Source: an uncultured archaeon
GTDB taxonomy: Archaea > Thermoproteota > Nitrososphaeria_A > Caldarchaeales > Wolframiiraptoraceae
Reading direction: 5' to 3'
DNA: 64,000 nucleotides
Assembly: GCA_938083505.1 (NCBI GenBank)
Contig: CALKCF010000007.1
Coordinates: forward strand, 46,056-110,055
The position numbers and the translations under genes were made by a program. Shown piece by piece: positions 40,087 through 50,030 of this stretch. How positions within the stretch are numbered: the first letter of the stretch is position 1; every line of letters begins with the position of its first letter. The notes beneath the pieces are model-generated. The model was not told where the DNA came from, ran no database searches, and was given only the letters and a program-made list of their open reading frames with translations.

Positions 40087-41147
40087 ATGCGCCCACATCT
40101 CCGTAAGGTCATAAAGCTGGTAGGTCTGCCCTAGCCGTGACGTTGCCCAAAGAGTGGGTATCCTTAATCAAGCTAAAAGAGGGCGATTATGTCATCATAG
40201 AGGATACCGAAGAAAGCCGCGTCAAAATAAAGAAAGCTGATAGTGAATTTGGGATTCCACCTACTGTCTGTGTCATTAATGCGGATGTTTGCACATCGCA
40301 AAATATGCTGCGGAGGATCATAATCGGCGCATACTTGGTTGGTCACAAAATCATTTGGGTACAGACGGAGAGTGGTTTCAAACCTAACGACATCGAAGGA
40401 ATAAGAGCTCTGACAGAGATTCTTGTAGGACTTCACGTAACGGATCAGACTGATAACATAATCATACTCCAGAGTCTTGCTGACCCTTCTAGACCAATGA
40501 TCGATAGCTCTATCCGTAGACTCTACTTAATATCTTCTAGCATGTACGAGGTGGCGCTTGGCATCCTTTTAGGCGAGGAGGATCCAAAACGTCTTGAAGA
40601 CATCAAGGCGCTTGAGATAGAGTGTGACAAAATTTATTGGCTTGTAACAAGACAACTACTTTTATCGGTCAATGATAGGGCTTTAGCAGAGGAGCTAGGC
40701 ATAAGGTCTAACCTTTGGCTTTTAGGAAATAGGACAGTTATTAGGATGTTAAAAAGTATAGTTGCAGATAGTGAGTGTATATCTAGATATGTTGAAAACT
40801 TACTGAAGCTTGGCTATAAACTCGACGCGGAGACCGCACGTTGGTTTACCAACATACGTGAGGAGATCAGAAAGTTATCGAATATGGCAATTGATTCTCT
40901 TATTACGAGAGACTTGATGGGTGGCAATAATGCTGTTGAATCTGCGAACAAGCTTGCGAAACTTCTTGAGGCAGCGGAGATGGTGGCTCCAAAAAAATAT
41001 AATGTTAACGTCTGCCCATCAATATCAGGCATAGTCAGGTCTTTAAGAAATATCGTTCTAAACTATAGATACGTAGGGGAGGTTGCAATTAACAGGTCAG
41101 TTGAAGAATCTGGTGAATACATGAATATAGACACCGGTGATTTTTAG
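40087..41147 (+). CDS. AbrB-PhoU family regulator with a 1-nt frameshift near 40120
   Basis: ATG 40087 MRPHLRKVIKL/GRSALAVTLPKEW matches the paralogue at 45.4 kb only if one G is added. Confidence 0.75.
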
Positions 41148-41198
41148 GAGAAAACTTAGAGCATCATATTTAAATAGAGTATAAAAACATAAAACCGT

Positions 41199-41654
41199 AT
41201 GAATAATGAGGCCAACATAAACTCCTTAATTTTTAACGTAAAGTTACAATGGGACCATTCCACAGGTGTTGAGGCCTTTACTAAAAGGGGCATAATTTAT
41301 CTAGATATGCCTAAGGAGTTTGGTGGTCTGGGAAGACATCCTTGCCCAGATGAAGTGTTTCTTTCTGCTTTGGGAGGGTGCATGATAACTACGTTAATTT
41401 ACTTCCAGCGACGAATGGGTGCAAAGATAGAAGGCATAGAAGTTAATGTTGATGGAGAGATCAAGCTGGATAATGGAGGATACAGAATCACTAATATAAA
41501 AATTAAGTTAAGGGTTCTAGTAGAAGAACCAGAACTTGAAAAGGCTGCAAGATGCGCAAAGTTAGCTATAAAGTATTGCCATTTAACTAGGTCTATAGAA
41601 CCAGCTATTGCTGTAACTACGGAGTACGAGATCGTTAGTCCAAATCATTCCTGA
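41199..41654 (+). CDS. OsmC/Ohr family protein
   Basis: DMP..FGG.G..P.P.E.FLSALGGC...KYC. Confidence 0.9.
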   Translation: MNNEANINSLIFNVKLQWDHSTGVEAFTKRGIIYLDMPKEFGGLGRHPCPDEVFLSALGGCMITTLIYFQRRMGAKIEGIEVNVDGEIKLDNGGYRITNIKIKLRVLVEEPELEKAARCAKLAIKYCHLTRSIEPAIAVTTEYEIVSPNHS

Positions 41655-41739
41655 AACACAAGCTAATTATTTTTAAAGAATTTTAAAAAATAAGTTAATG
41701 TTTATTTGTAATTAGGTTTGATAAAAAAATGTGGTAGTT

Positions 41740-42168
41740 ATGGTGAAGTTGTTTGACAAGTACGAGTTTCCAGAAGGTTTGTACTACTCTAAGGACCATC
41801 TCTGGTTAAAAATTGAGGGTGATGTTGTAAGAGTTGGCGTTACAGACCTAGCACAACAAGCGGCTGGTCCGATAGTGTATGTAAGACTCGTACCAAAGGG
41901 TAAGGTTGTGGAGGCGGGTAAGCCTTTAGGGACTATGGAAACCGGGAAATGGGTTGGACCTTTGAAGTCTCCCGTATCCGGAACGATAGTTGAGGTTAAT
42001 GAAGCCCTTAAATCTCAGCCTAAACTTTTGAATGAAGACCCGTACGGAAAGGGGTGGTTAGCAGTTATAAAACCCTCAAAACTTGAGGAAGAACTGAAGG
42101 GGTTATTCTCGAAAGTTGAAGATATGATTCCATGGTTACAGGAGGAGTTACCGAAACTTATCAAATAA
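41740..42168 (+). CDS. Lipoyl-carrier protein (GcvH/LbpA-like) with intact lipoyl-lysine
   Basis: LYYSKDHLW, VGVTD, METGKWVGPLKSPVSG, NEDPYG.GW. Confidence 0.92.
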   Translation: MVKLFDKYEFPEGLYYSKDHLWLKIEGDVVRVGVTDLAQQAAGPIVYVRLVPKGKVVEAGKPLGTMETGKWVGPLKSPVSGTIVEVNEALKSQPKLLNEDPYGKGWLAVIKPSKLEEELKGLFSKVEDMIPWLQEELPKLIK

Positions 42169-42207
42169 CCAACTTGGTTGCTAATTGTTTAAAATAAAAC
42201 TTTTTTG

Positions 42208-43377
42208 CTATATTAAACTCAGTTGTTCCGCTATCAGCTGTGATATGTCAATAACGCGCTTACCGTCTTGCATTGTGGTGGCTGTTTGAGTGAATGTTTG
42301 AACGCATGCAGGACATGCCGAGACAATAATATCAGCATTCGTGGATGTTAATATTTCATATCTTCTTTGGGCGAGATTATCGGCCAAGTATGGATTGACT
42401 AACTTCAGGAGACCTCCAGAACCACAACATATTGATTCCCTACCAAAATACTTAGGCTCTATGAATGTATCTGTAATACTTTGTAAAACCATTCTAGGCT
42501 CTTGAATGATGCCGGATATTCTTCCGAGCTCACATGGATCATGATAGGTTAATTTTACGTCTGCCTTAGGAACTGCAAGCTTTCCAGAAGTTATGTATGA
42601 GTTGAGAAGTTGAGTTGAATGTAGTACTTCGAATCCAGGTTTTTTACCCAAGAGTTTCGGATATTCATGCTTAAGCGCAATGTAACAGCCTGGGCAACCT
42701 GTCACAACTTTCTTTGCACCAATAGACTCTATCATCTCAACATTATGGAGTGCAAAGGTTCTGGCCTCTTTAATACCACCGGAGAGAACGAGTGGATGGC
42801 CACAACACCATTCGTCCTTTAACAACGTCCAATCTTCATTCATAGAATTTAAAATCGACGAAAACGCCTGCGCAATTGACTGAACCCTACCGGAGAACGA
42901 TGTTATACAGCCAACAAAGTAAACGACTTCTGCCGAATCCTTAAAATTTACGTCAGCACTGGTGTAAGTAACCCAATCCGTCCTTGATACATTGTCCATC
43001 ATGTAGATGTTCTTTGATTGTTGTATTATTTCAGATAATTTGATAACGCCCTGAGGCACTAACCTATGTTCATATAATATCTCCCTAATTTTTAACCATA
43101 TTTCTAAAACATCGATCTCTGTATGACAAACTTCTTTGCATAATCCACACAATGTACAGTTAAAAATCCTCGTAGACAATGGTTTTCCAAGTTTACGTAG
43201 CTTTTGTTCATCTAGTTTACCACCATTTCCTAAAAATTCTTTAAGAGCGAATATTTTGCCCCTTGGCGATGCCGACTCCCATCCCAAAAAGTAATAAGTA
43301 GGGCACTTCTTCACACAATAACCGCACTGAGCACATGCGAAGACATTCTCTAAATGCAATTTTGGTAAGATGAACAT
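42208..43377 (-). CDS. HdrD/GlcF-like Fe-S protein (2x[4Fe-4S] plus two CCG domains)
   Basis: CAQCGYC..CP, CTLCGLC; FVGC, CCG, CPGC, HDPC, CCG, CPAC. Confidence 0.9.
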   Translation of the reverse strand: MFILPKLHLENVFACAQCGYCVKKCPTYYFLGWESASPRGKIFALKEFLGNGGKLDEQKLRKLGKPLSTRIFNCTLCGLCKEVCHTEIDVLEIWLKIREILYEHRLVPQGVIKLSEIIQQSKNIYMMDNVSRTDWVTYTSADVNFKDSAEVVYFVGCITSFSGRVQSIAQAFSSILNSMNEDWTLLKDEWCCGHPLVLSGGIKEARTFALHNVEMIESIGAKKVVTGCPGCYIALKHEYPKLLGKKPGFEVLHSTQLLNSYITSGKLAVPKADVKLTYHDPCELGRISGIIQEPRMVLQSITDTFIEPKYFGRESICCGSGGLLKLVNPYLADNLAQRRYEILTSTNADIIVSACPACVQTFTQTATTMQDGKRVIDISQLIAEQLSLI

Positions 43378-43378
43378 C

Positions 43379-44806
43379 TTACATCACTCTTCTTAAAAAC
43401 CACATACCATCCATGAACATGCTATACAGCTTCCCAGGGAGGGGGAAACCCAACCTGAGTCTAACCTCTATCATTTTGCCCGGGTTTAGCACGTTCCATG
43501 GATCTAGCATGCGTTTAATTCTTTTAAGTTCGCGCTTTTTCTCCGGTTCTGCTCTCTCCATAAATTGGAAGTTCCATAATCCATAACCGTAAGGTTTACC
43601 TCCAGCCTTTATGGCAGCATCAAGTACTTTTTTTGTTATTGCCGCACTCATAAGATATCTGAGAGATTTTCTTTCATCACAAAGGAATAGCTGGAACATT
43701 AGAGCTTTGTATCTCGATATAAACATGACCTCAACTTCTACATCTAAATGTGCTTGGTTACCCAGCTGCCAACAGTATTTCACCATGTCCAATATTTTAT
43801 GTGTTGGTATTATGAACTCATTGCCTAGGATACTTGGTCCCCACTTCTTAATCTTCAGCGTATAAAATCTTTCTTCCCATTCACGTCTTGCCTCATCTTC
43901 TGGAACAAGATATCCCCGATATCGGTTTACTATGTTGTCCAATGTAAGGTACTGCTTATAAACCTCATACCTATTACCATCAACGCATCCAAAGAAATAC
44001 GTGTCAGACTCAACGTAATCCTTTGTCCTGACAAATCCGAAGGCTTTTAGGACAAGGGAATGCGGACTTGTTAGTCTCAGGACTTCTTGAGCTGACATCA
44101 AAGCGTTGGCAAAATTGCTGAAGTTCGCCATAAACGGCACCTCCACATCGCTTTTCGGAATTAGCTTCAAAGTTAAATCAGCAAATATGCATAAGATCCC
44201 TTCAGATCCGAAAAGTTGTGATAGGTTAGGGTTGCTTTTGTCATCAACCACAACGATCCTTCCAGACGGAAGGACTACGGTTGCTTTGACAACGTTCTTG
44301 AGGAATGGACCGTACTTAAGAGAACCATAACCTATCCCACCAGTTGCCGCCCAGCCACCAACGGTTGAGCTTAACGCACTTGAAGGGTATGTTGGTAGCT
44401 TCCAACGCGTCTCTCGCAGAAAATGCATGATGTCTTCCCATACGGCTCCACATTCAACGGTCAGTAACCCATTTTTTTCGTCGAAATGAACGATCCTGTT
44501 AAGCCCCGTCAAGTCTAAAATTATGCCACCCTTTACAGGTATTGTGCCCCCGAATCCCCATGTAGCGCCACCCCGAGGTATAACGGGGATCCTGTATTCA
44601 TTTGCTAATCTCATAATTTCTGCTATATGTTCTGTAGTCTTCGGTCGTACTATTGCGACAGGTGTTGTGTCAAAGAGTGGCTTTACAAATTTGGGTAAAA
44701 CTGCCAAGTCGTGAGAATAAACTAGCTTTTCAAGTAGATCTACAGATACGTATTCTTGTCCTAACTTGTTAATAACTTCGTTCAAAAAATCACTAGAAGT
44801 GCTCAT
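43379..44806 (-). CDS. FAD-linked oxidoreductase (VAO/GlcD fold)
   Basis: PRGGAT..GG, YPSS..STVGG, GSEG, DP..LNPGK. Confidence 0.88.
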   Translation of the reverse strand: MSTSSDFLNEVINKLGQEYVSVDLLEKLVYSHDLAVLPKFVKPLFDTTPVAIVRPKTTEHIAEIMRLANEYRIPVIPRGGATWGFGGTIPVKGGIILDLTGLNRIVHFDEKNGLLTVECGAVWEDIMHFLRETRWKLPTYPSSALSSTVGGWAATGGIGYGSLKYGPFLKNVVKATVVLPSGRIVVVDDKSNPNLSQLFGSEGILCIFADLTLKLIPKSDVEVPFMANFSNFANALMSAQEVLRLTSPHSLVLKAFGFVRTKDYVESDTYFFGCVDGNRYEVYKQYLTLDNIVNRYRGYLVPEDEARREWEERFYTLKIKKWGPSILGNEFIIPTHKILDMVKYCWQLGNQAHLDVEVEVMFISRYKALMFQLFLCDERKSLRYLMSAAITKKVLDAAIKAGGKPYGYGLWNFQFMERAEPEKKRELKRIKRMLDPWNVLNPGKMIEVRLRLGFPLPGKLYSMFMDGMWFLRRVM

Positions 44807-44819
44807 CACGTCCTCATGC

Positions 44820-45239
44820 CTATTTTGTTAGTTCGTCAAAGTACTTTAGGTCTTCTTCATAATTGATCGGCTTAAGCACGGCGATCCAGCCTTCGCCGTA
44901 GGGGTCCTCATTTATAAGCTCAGGCTTTTCTCTCAGCTTCTCATTGAGCTCAACTATCCAGCCGGATACTGGACTTCTTAATAGCACCACACGCATGCCA
45001 TGTTCAACAGAGCCGAAAGGATGCCCCCTAGTGATTAGACGCCCCTTCGGAAGGGCTCTAACGAATTCTATCGTGCCCACAAAGTCTGCAATGTCCTTTC
45101 TAAGACCAACCCGTACAAGAATCTCAGAGTAATCGGTTACTTGCTCAAGCCTCGCCCACATACCGTGGCTAACCTTCGAGACGAACAACTTTCCTACGAG
45201 CGCGGAAATGGGCATTACCATTTTCTTAAACCACCTCAA
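44820..45239 (-). CDS. GcvH-like protein lacking the lipoyl-lysine
   Basis: HGMW, VRVG, SVEHGMRVVLLRSPVSG (Met at the Lys position), NEDPYGEGW. Confidence 0.85.
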   Translation of the reverse strand: MRWFKKMVMPISALVGKLFVSKVSHGMWARLEQVTDYSEILVRVGLRKDIADFVGTIEFVRALPKGRLITRGHPFGSVEHGMRVVLLRSPVSGWIVELNEKLREKPELINEDPYGEGWIAVLKPINYEEDLKYFDELTK

Positions 45240-45353
45240 AATAGTGCTTAATTACAGTGCTATATCATTCGTAACTTATTGTTTCATATAGCTGACAAAT
45301 ATCACGTATACGCTATATATAAATATCAGGCTTGCCGTTTTCACATAGAGAAT

Positions 45354-46438
45354 TGAATACAGAAAGCAGTCGTTTTTATGGCCGCACACTAAGAAAGGTA
45401 ATAAAGCTTGGTCGATCGGCGTTATGTGTTACTTTACCAAAAGCTTGGGTTGATGCTGTTGGGATAAAGGAGAATGATTATTTAGTTGTAAGACAGAGTG
45501 GTGATTCGTTAGAATTAAGCAAAGTTGAACAAGAGGAGGGTGTTGGACCACCGGTTTGTATAATAAACGTGGATGCATGTGTAGAACCTTATTCTATCAC
45601 TAGAGTTTTGATAGGAGCTTATATAGCTGGTCACGAAACGATCTGGCTACAATCTAAAAGACCATTCACACAGAAACAGATCGAGGAAGTTAACACAATA
45701 ACAAGAAAACTTATTGGAGTTCACGTCGTGGATAGTTCTGAAAATATCATAATTATTCAGAACCTTTCGAACCCCATAAGACCTTCTATGGATAGTTCCA
45801 TCAGGAGGTTCCATAGCCTTGTAGCGCATATGCTTGATAGTGCGGTAAGTATGCTATCAAGCAGCAACCAAGATGCTATTAAGCACATTATGAGTATAAG
45901 TGAAGAATGTGATAGGCTTTACTGGTTAACGGTAAGGCAACTTATAAGGGCAGTCAGCGACCCAAGTGTACGAGAAGCCCTTGGGATAAAGTCAACTCTA
46001 TGGTTGCTTGGCAATAGGCTAGTCTTACTTTTGCTTAAAAGAGCAGTCAATTTATGCGAGTCGATTGCTCTCTCAGTATATGAAATATTTACGAGTGGGT
46101 GTGGCATTGAGAAACGCATCGTAGATTGGTGCATAGATTTTTGCACAACGCTAAAGCATACGTCTCAAGGTGCGATGGACTCTCTCCTATCAAGGGACCT
46201 TTTGCTAGCAAACAAAGTAATATCACAAATCGACGCCTTAGTTAAAGAGAAAATAGAGATTGGTGAAAAGTTGACCAGTAACAGTAAATCGTTCAGACAT
46301 TACCTTTTCCGAATAATACATGCTCTTAAAGAAATTGGTTTATGCTATCGTCAGATTGCAGAAGTGGCAATAAATAGGTCACTAGAGGAATCTGGAAAAT
46401 TTGTTACTATTGAATGCCCACTCAAGGACTTCGACTAA
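45354..46438 (+). CDS. AbrB-PhoU family regulator (paralogue of 40087-41147)
   Basis: RKVIKLGRSALCVTLPKAW, ECDRLYWL..RQL; start uncertain. Confidence 0.82.
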
Positions 46439-46446
46439 AGTTAAAT

Positions 46447-47634
46447 CTATAGCAGGTTGTTCTGCTGAACAATCAGCTGGCTCATGTCTAACACTTTGGG
46501 GCCTTTTTCAATTTTTGGTTCAACGGATGCGAAGGTTTGCACGCATGTCGGACATGCTGAGAGCATATATTCAGAACCCGTGTCCTTCAAAATTCTCAAC
46601 CTTTGAATGGCGAGCTGCTTCGAAAGTTCTGAGTTTAACATTTTTAGCATACCACCAGAGCCATAGCACACACCTTCCATACTATGGCCATATGGTTTAA
46701 CAAACTCTCGTGTTACTTGCCTAATAACGTTCCTAGGTTCTTCGATAACGTCCTTGAGTCTACCCAATTCACAAAGATCATGATACGTAACTCTAGCTTC
46801 TAAAATTGGCATCCTTAATTTATCATCAGCTATATATCTGTTGAGCAGTTCTGTGAAATGGAGCACCTCAAACTCTAACTTATAAACCCGTCACAACGGC
46901 CTTTAGCACTAACGGACGTTAGCTGTTTTATGTTGCGCTTTACTAACTTTATAGCCTTACCAATTCCACTGCTAACTGTGAGAGGATGACCACAACAAGC
47001 CTCATCCTTCAAAAGGGTCCAATCCTCACCCAAACAGTTCAATATCGAAGTTATGACTGCAGGTATGTCTTGCGCTCTACCCTGATAAGACGAGATACAA
47101 CCAACAAAATATACTATGGTAGCACTATCTTTAACTTTGACATCCACTCCTGTGTATAGCGACCAGTTGGTTCTTGCAGAATTATCCACACTAAAAACGT
47201 TCTTCGTCCCGTTAATCATATCATGGAGATTATTTAAGAAGTCAACAGCGCAATGGACGTTGCCAAGAAATCCCCATGAAATATTCTTTCATGGAGGTTA
47301 TAAGCGATGGTGTGTCTATACTGATTGGGCAGAATACGCTACACCTACCGCATAGCGAACAGTTTAGAAATAGAGCATCGGCCAGTTCCCAAACCTCTTC
47401 ATCTGATGGGGACCTTAATCCAAAAAGTTTTGCTTTAAAACTATGGTCTTTACGAACCAGAGATCTAAATCGTCTGATAATTCCGCCACAACTCGTGGGA
47501 AAGCCCAATGGATGTGAATTAGAGTTCAGAGGCCTGTATAGCGAGCACTCTTCTCTACATATCTCGCACCTGACACAACCATCAAGCTCGACAATCTGCT
47601 TAACACTTAACGGTATCCTTTTCGCTTTTGCCAT
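46447..47634 (-). pseudogene. HdrD-like Fe-S/CCG protein in three fragments
   Basis: CVRCEIC/CSLCGRC, FVGC..ACCGHP, YHDLC..VCYG..CPTC pieces in different frames. Confidence 0.85.
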
Positions 47635-47639
47635 ACCTT

Positions 47640-48258
47640 AATTCACGTCTCTCACAGTTTTAGGTACGGAGTTGACCAACATGACCATAGGACCAGCTAA
47701 TGCGTGCCAGAGCCTACCTGAGTAAGGTATAGCGCCCACGAAAACACCGAGGAAAAATCCGGAGGTTGGCCATAGAACGTTATAGAACAATTCAATTTGG
47801 TAGGACTTAGACCTACCATGAGCTGAGCTATGGCGTATGCTATGAACATAAACCTACTTGAATCTGGAAAGCCAAATTTCACAATTGTTGTAGCTTCAGC
47901 CATGTATCTAAAGAAGAACCATATCACGGGCATAAAAAAGGTCAATAGCATCAGTTATTGAATACTCAAAACACATCCTGCTATATCCGCGGCTATATGG
48001 TTCGAAAGTATTAACAAAACGTAAAAAGAAACAAAGAATGCTTTTTCTAATCTTCTCGATCGTTCATATTTGTAGAACCTACGCTTACCAAAGACATTGA
48101 TGATGAATGTCTTAATAACAGCAACTAAAGAACGAGGGTTCATGATCATTAACAGAGCTTTCTTAATTGTTCCAAATATTCCATAATATTCCGATGAGTG
48201 GGGCTATTGTCCCTATCAGAGAAAATATTGAGGCAAAAAAGATTGCGTCTGGTGTCAT
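47640..48258 (-). pseudogene. HdrE/NarI-like membrane subunit, fragmented
   Basis: Hydrophobic fragments from ATG 48258 (MTPDAIFFASIFSLIG..) upstream of the hdrD pseudogene. Confidence 0.5.
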
Positions 48259-48289
48259 GTGCTTCCACCACGAAAGTATGTTTACAGCA

Positions 48290-48668
48290 GAGGAGGTTAT
48301 CAAAAACCCGCAACTGATAAACGAAAACCCTTATGGTAGATGTTGGATGGCCGTCCTGAAACTAAGCAACATTGAAGAACTGGATACGTTACTTTGAAGA
48401 TGAAGTTTACTTCAACTATCAAACCCGTGATGGGACTGCGTAGTATGAGTATCTTTCTTCCGTGCTTTATTGATTCGAACGTGTATCCTTTATTTATACA
48501 TCTACCCTTTAGTAAGACCCTGAAGCTTTCTATTCGTCCTAACGTTTTGATAACAAAATCCTTTAACTCCATCCTTATCACCGACGATGTCAAAGATTGC
48601 TGCTCAACTTTAACACAGAAATATTCATATGTTAATAGCCGCTCCCGAAGTATACCTTTCTCTGACAT
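48290..48668 (-). pseudogene. Second lysine-less GcvH-like gene broken by an internal inversion
   Basis: N-part on minus (..SIKHGRKILILRSPITGLIVEVN); C-part on plus at 48290-48397 (EEVIKNPQLINENPYGRCW). Confidence 0.8.
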
Positions 48669-48812
48669 GCTTGTTCTCCTCAGATATCGCGAGAATGCAG
48701 TAGAGTATAACCTACGTCGTATAAAGACTTAGCATGATATGCTGAGTTATGTATGTGTCAGTTTAACAGGAAGTGCAATATCTTAAAATAAAAACAAAAA
48801 CCTTAGAAAATT

Positions 48813-50030
48813 CTATAATAGGCCGAGTTGTCTAGCAAACAATTCCGCTACGTCTAGGACTTGCATCTTTATACCAATCTTCTTTAACCCATCCATTAGC
48901 GTTATCTTGCAGGCTGGACATGCGGAGGTAAGGATTTCAGCTCCTAGGACTTGAGCTTGTTTCACCCTCTTTTCAGCTATGTTTAACCTTAGCTCGTCGT
49001 TCACAGCTTGGAGAATGCCCCCGCCCCCACAACAGCGCACGTCCCTTTTGTTCTCGGGCATCTCCTTGAAGAAAGATGCTACTGTAGTAATTACACGCCT
49101 CGGCTCGTCTATCACGCCGCTGAGTCTTGCAAGCTCGCATGGGTCGTGGTAAGTTACAATGGCAGACTCTTTTTCTAATCCTTTGAGGGGTATATGTTCC
49201 TTTTTGATGTATAGATCAAGAAATTCCATGAGATGCATAACATCAAACCTTAGAGCCCTGCCTATCAAAAAAGGATACTTTTGCTTAATCATCCTCACAC
49301 ATCCTGGACATGCTGATATCACCAGCCTGGCACCCAAGTTTTCTATTGCCCTAACGTTATGTTCAGCCATATTCCTAGCACCATCTTCATCTCCTATCAT
49401 AAGCAGCGGTGCACCACAGCACCACTCATCCTCACCTAGGAGTGTCCAATTTACTCCTGCATGGTTTAAGATCAGAGATGTTGCGTATGCTATTTCTTGT
49501 GTGACCGCCTTGTATGAAGATGTGCACCCAACAAAATACACAACATCAGAACATTCGTTCATCTTAACGTTCTCAAGACCTAAGTAATCAACCCACATCG
49601 CTCTTGCATCATTCCCCACACCGTAGGTGTTGCAAGTATTAAGTATGAATTTATCAACCTCCTTAAGTACTGACGGGTGTTTGTTAAATCTATAAACAAT
49701 TTTCCTGAATAGTTCCCAAAGCGTATCTGTTTGTATTCCGAACGGACATACGGCCATGCATCTACCACAAAGGGCGCACTCGTAGACGCTTTCAACATAC
49801 TTCTCAATTTCATTTAACTTCTCTATCTTTAATCGAGAGAACGTAAGGAATGGGCTCATGCCGCTCTTTATTATTTTAAGCATAACAGAGGCCCTACCTC
49901 CTGGCATAATCTGTGGTTTTTTCAGAACCTCATAAGTTGGGCAATACTCTGCGCAATGGGCACACTTTGTGCACGTCTCAAGCTGCAACATAATAAATGG
50001 TGACACTTCTTTGAGAATCTCTAACCTCAT
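48813..50030 (-). CDS. HdrD-like Fe-S/CCG disulfide reductase subunit
   Basis: CTKCAHC..CP, CALCGRC..CP, two complete CCG domains. Confidence 0.9.
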   Translation of the reverse strand: MRLEILKEVSPFIMLQLETCTKCAHCAEYCPTYEVLKKPQIMPGGRASVMLKIIKSGMSPFLTFSRLKIEKLNEIEKYVESVYECALCGRCMAVCPFGIQTDTLWELFRKIVYRFNKHPSVLKEVDKFILNTCNTYGVGNDARAMWVDYLGLENVKMNECSDVVYFVGCTSSYKAVTQEIAYATSLILNHAGVNWTLLGEDEWCCGAPLLMIGDEDGARNMAEHNVRAIENLGARLVISACPGCVRMIKQKYPFLIGRALRFDVMHLMEFLDLYIKKEHIPLKGLEKESAIVTYHDPCELARLSGVIDEPRRVITTVASFFKEMPENKRDVRCCGGGGILQAVNDELRLNIAEKRVKQAQVLGAEILTSACPACKITLMDGLKKIGIKMQVLDVAELFARQLGLL

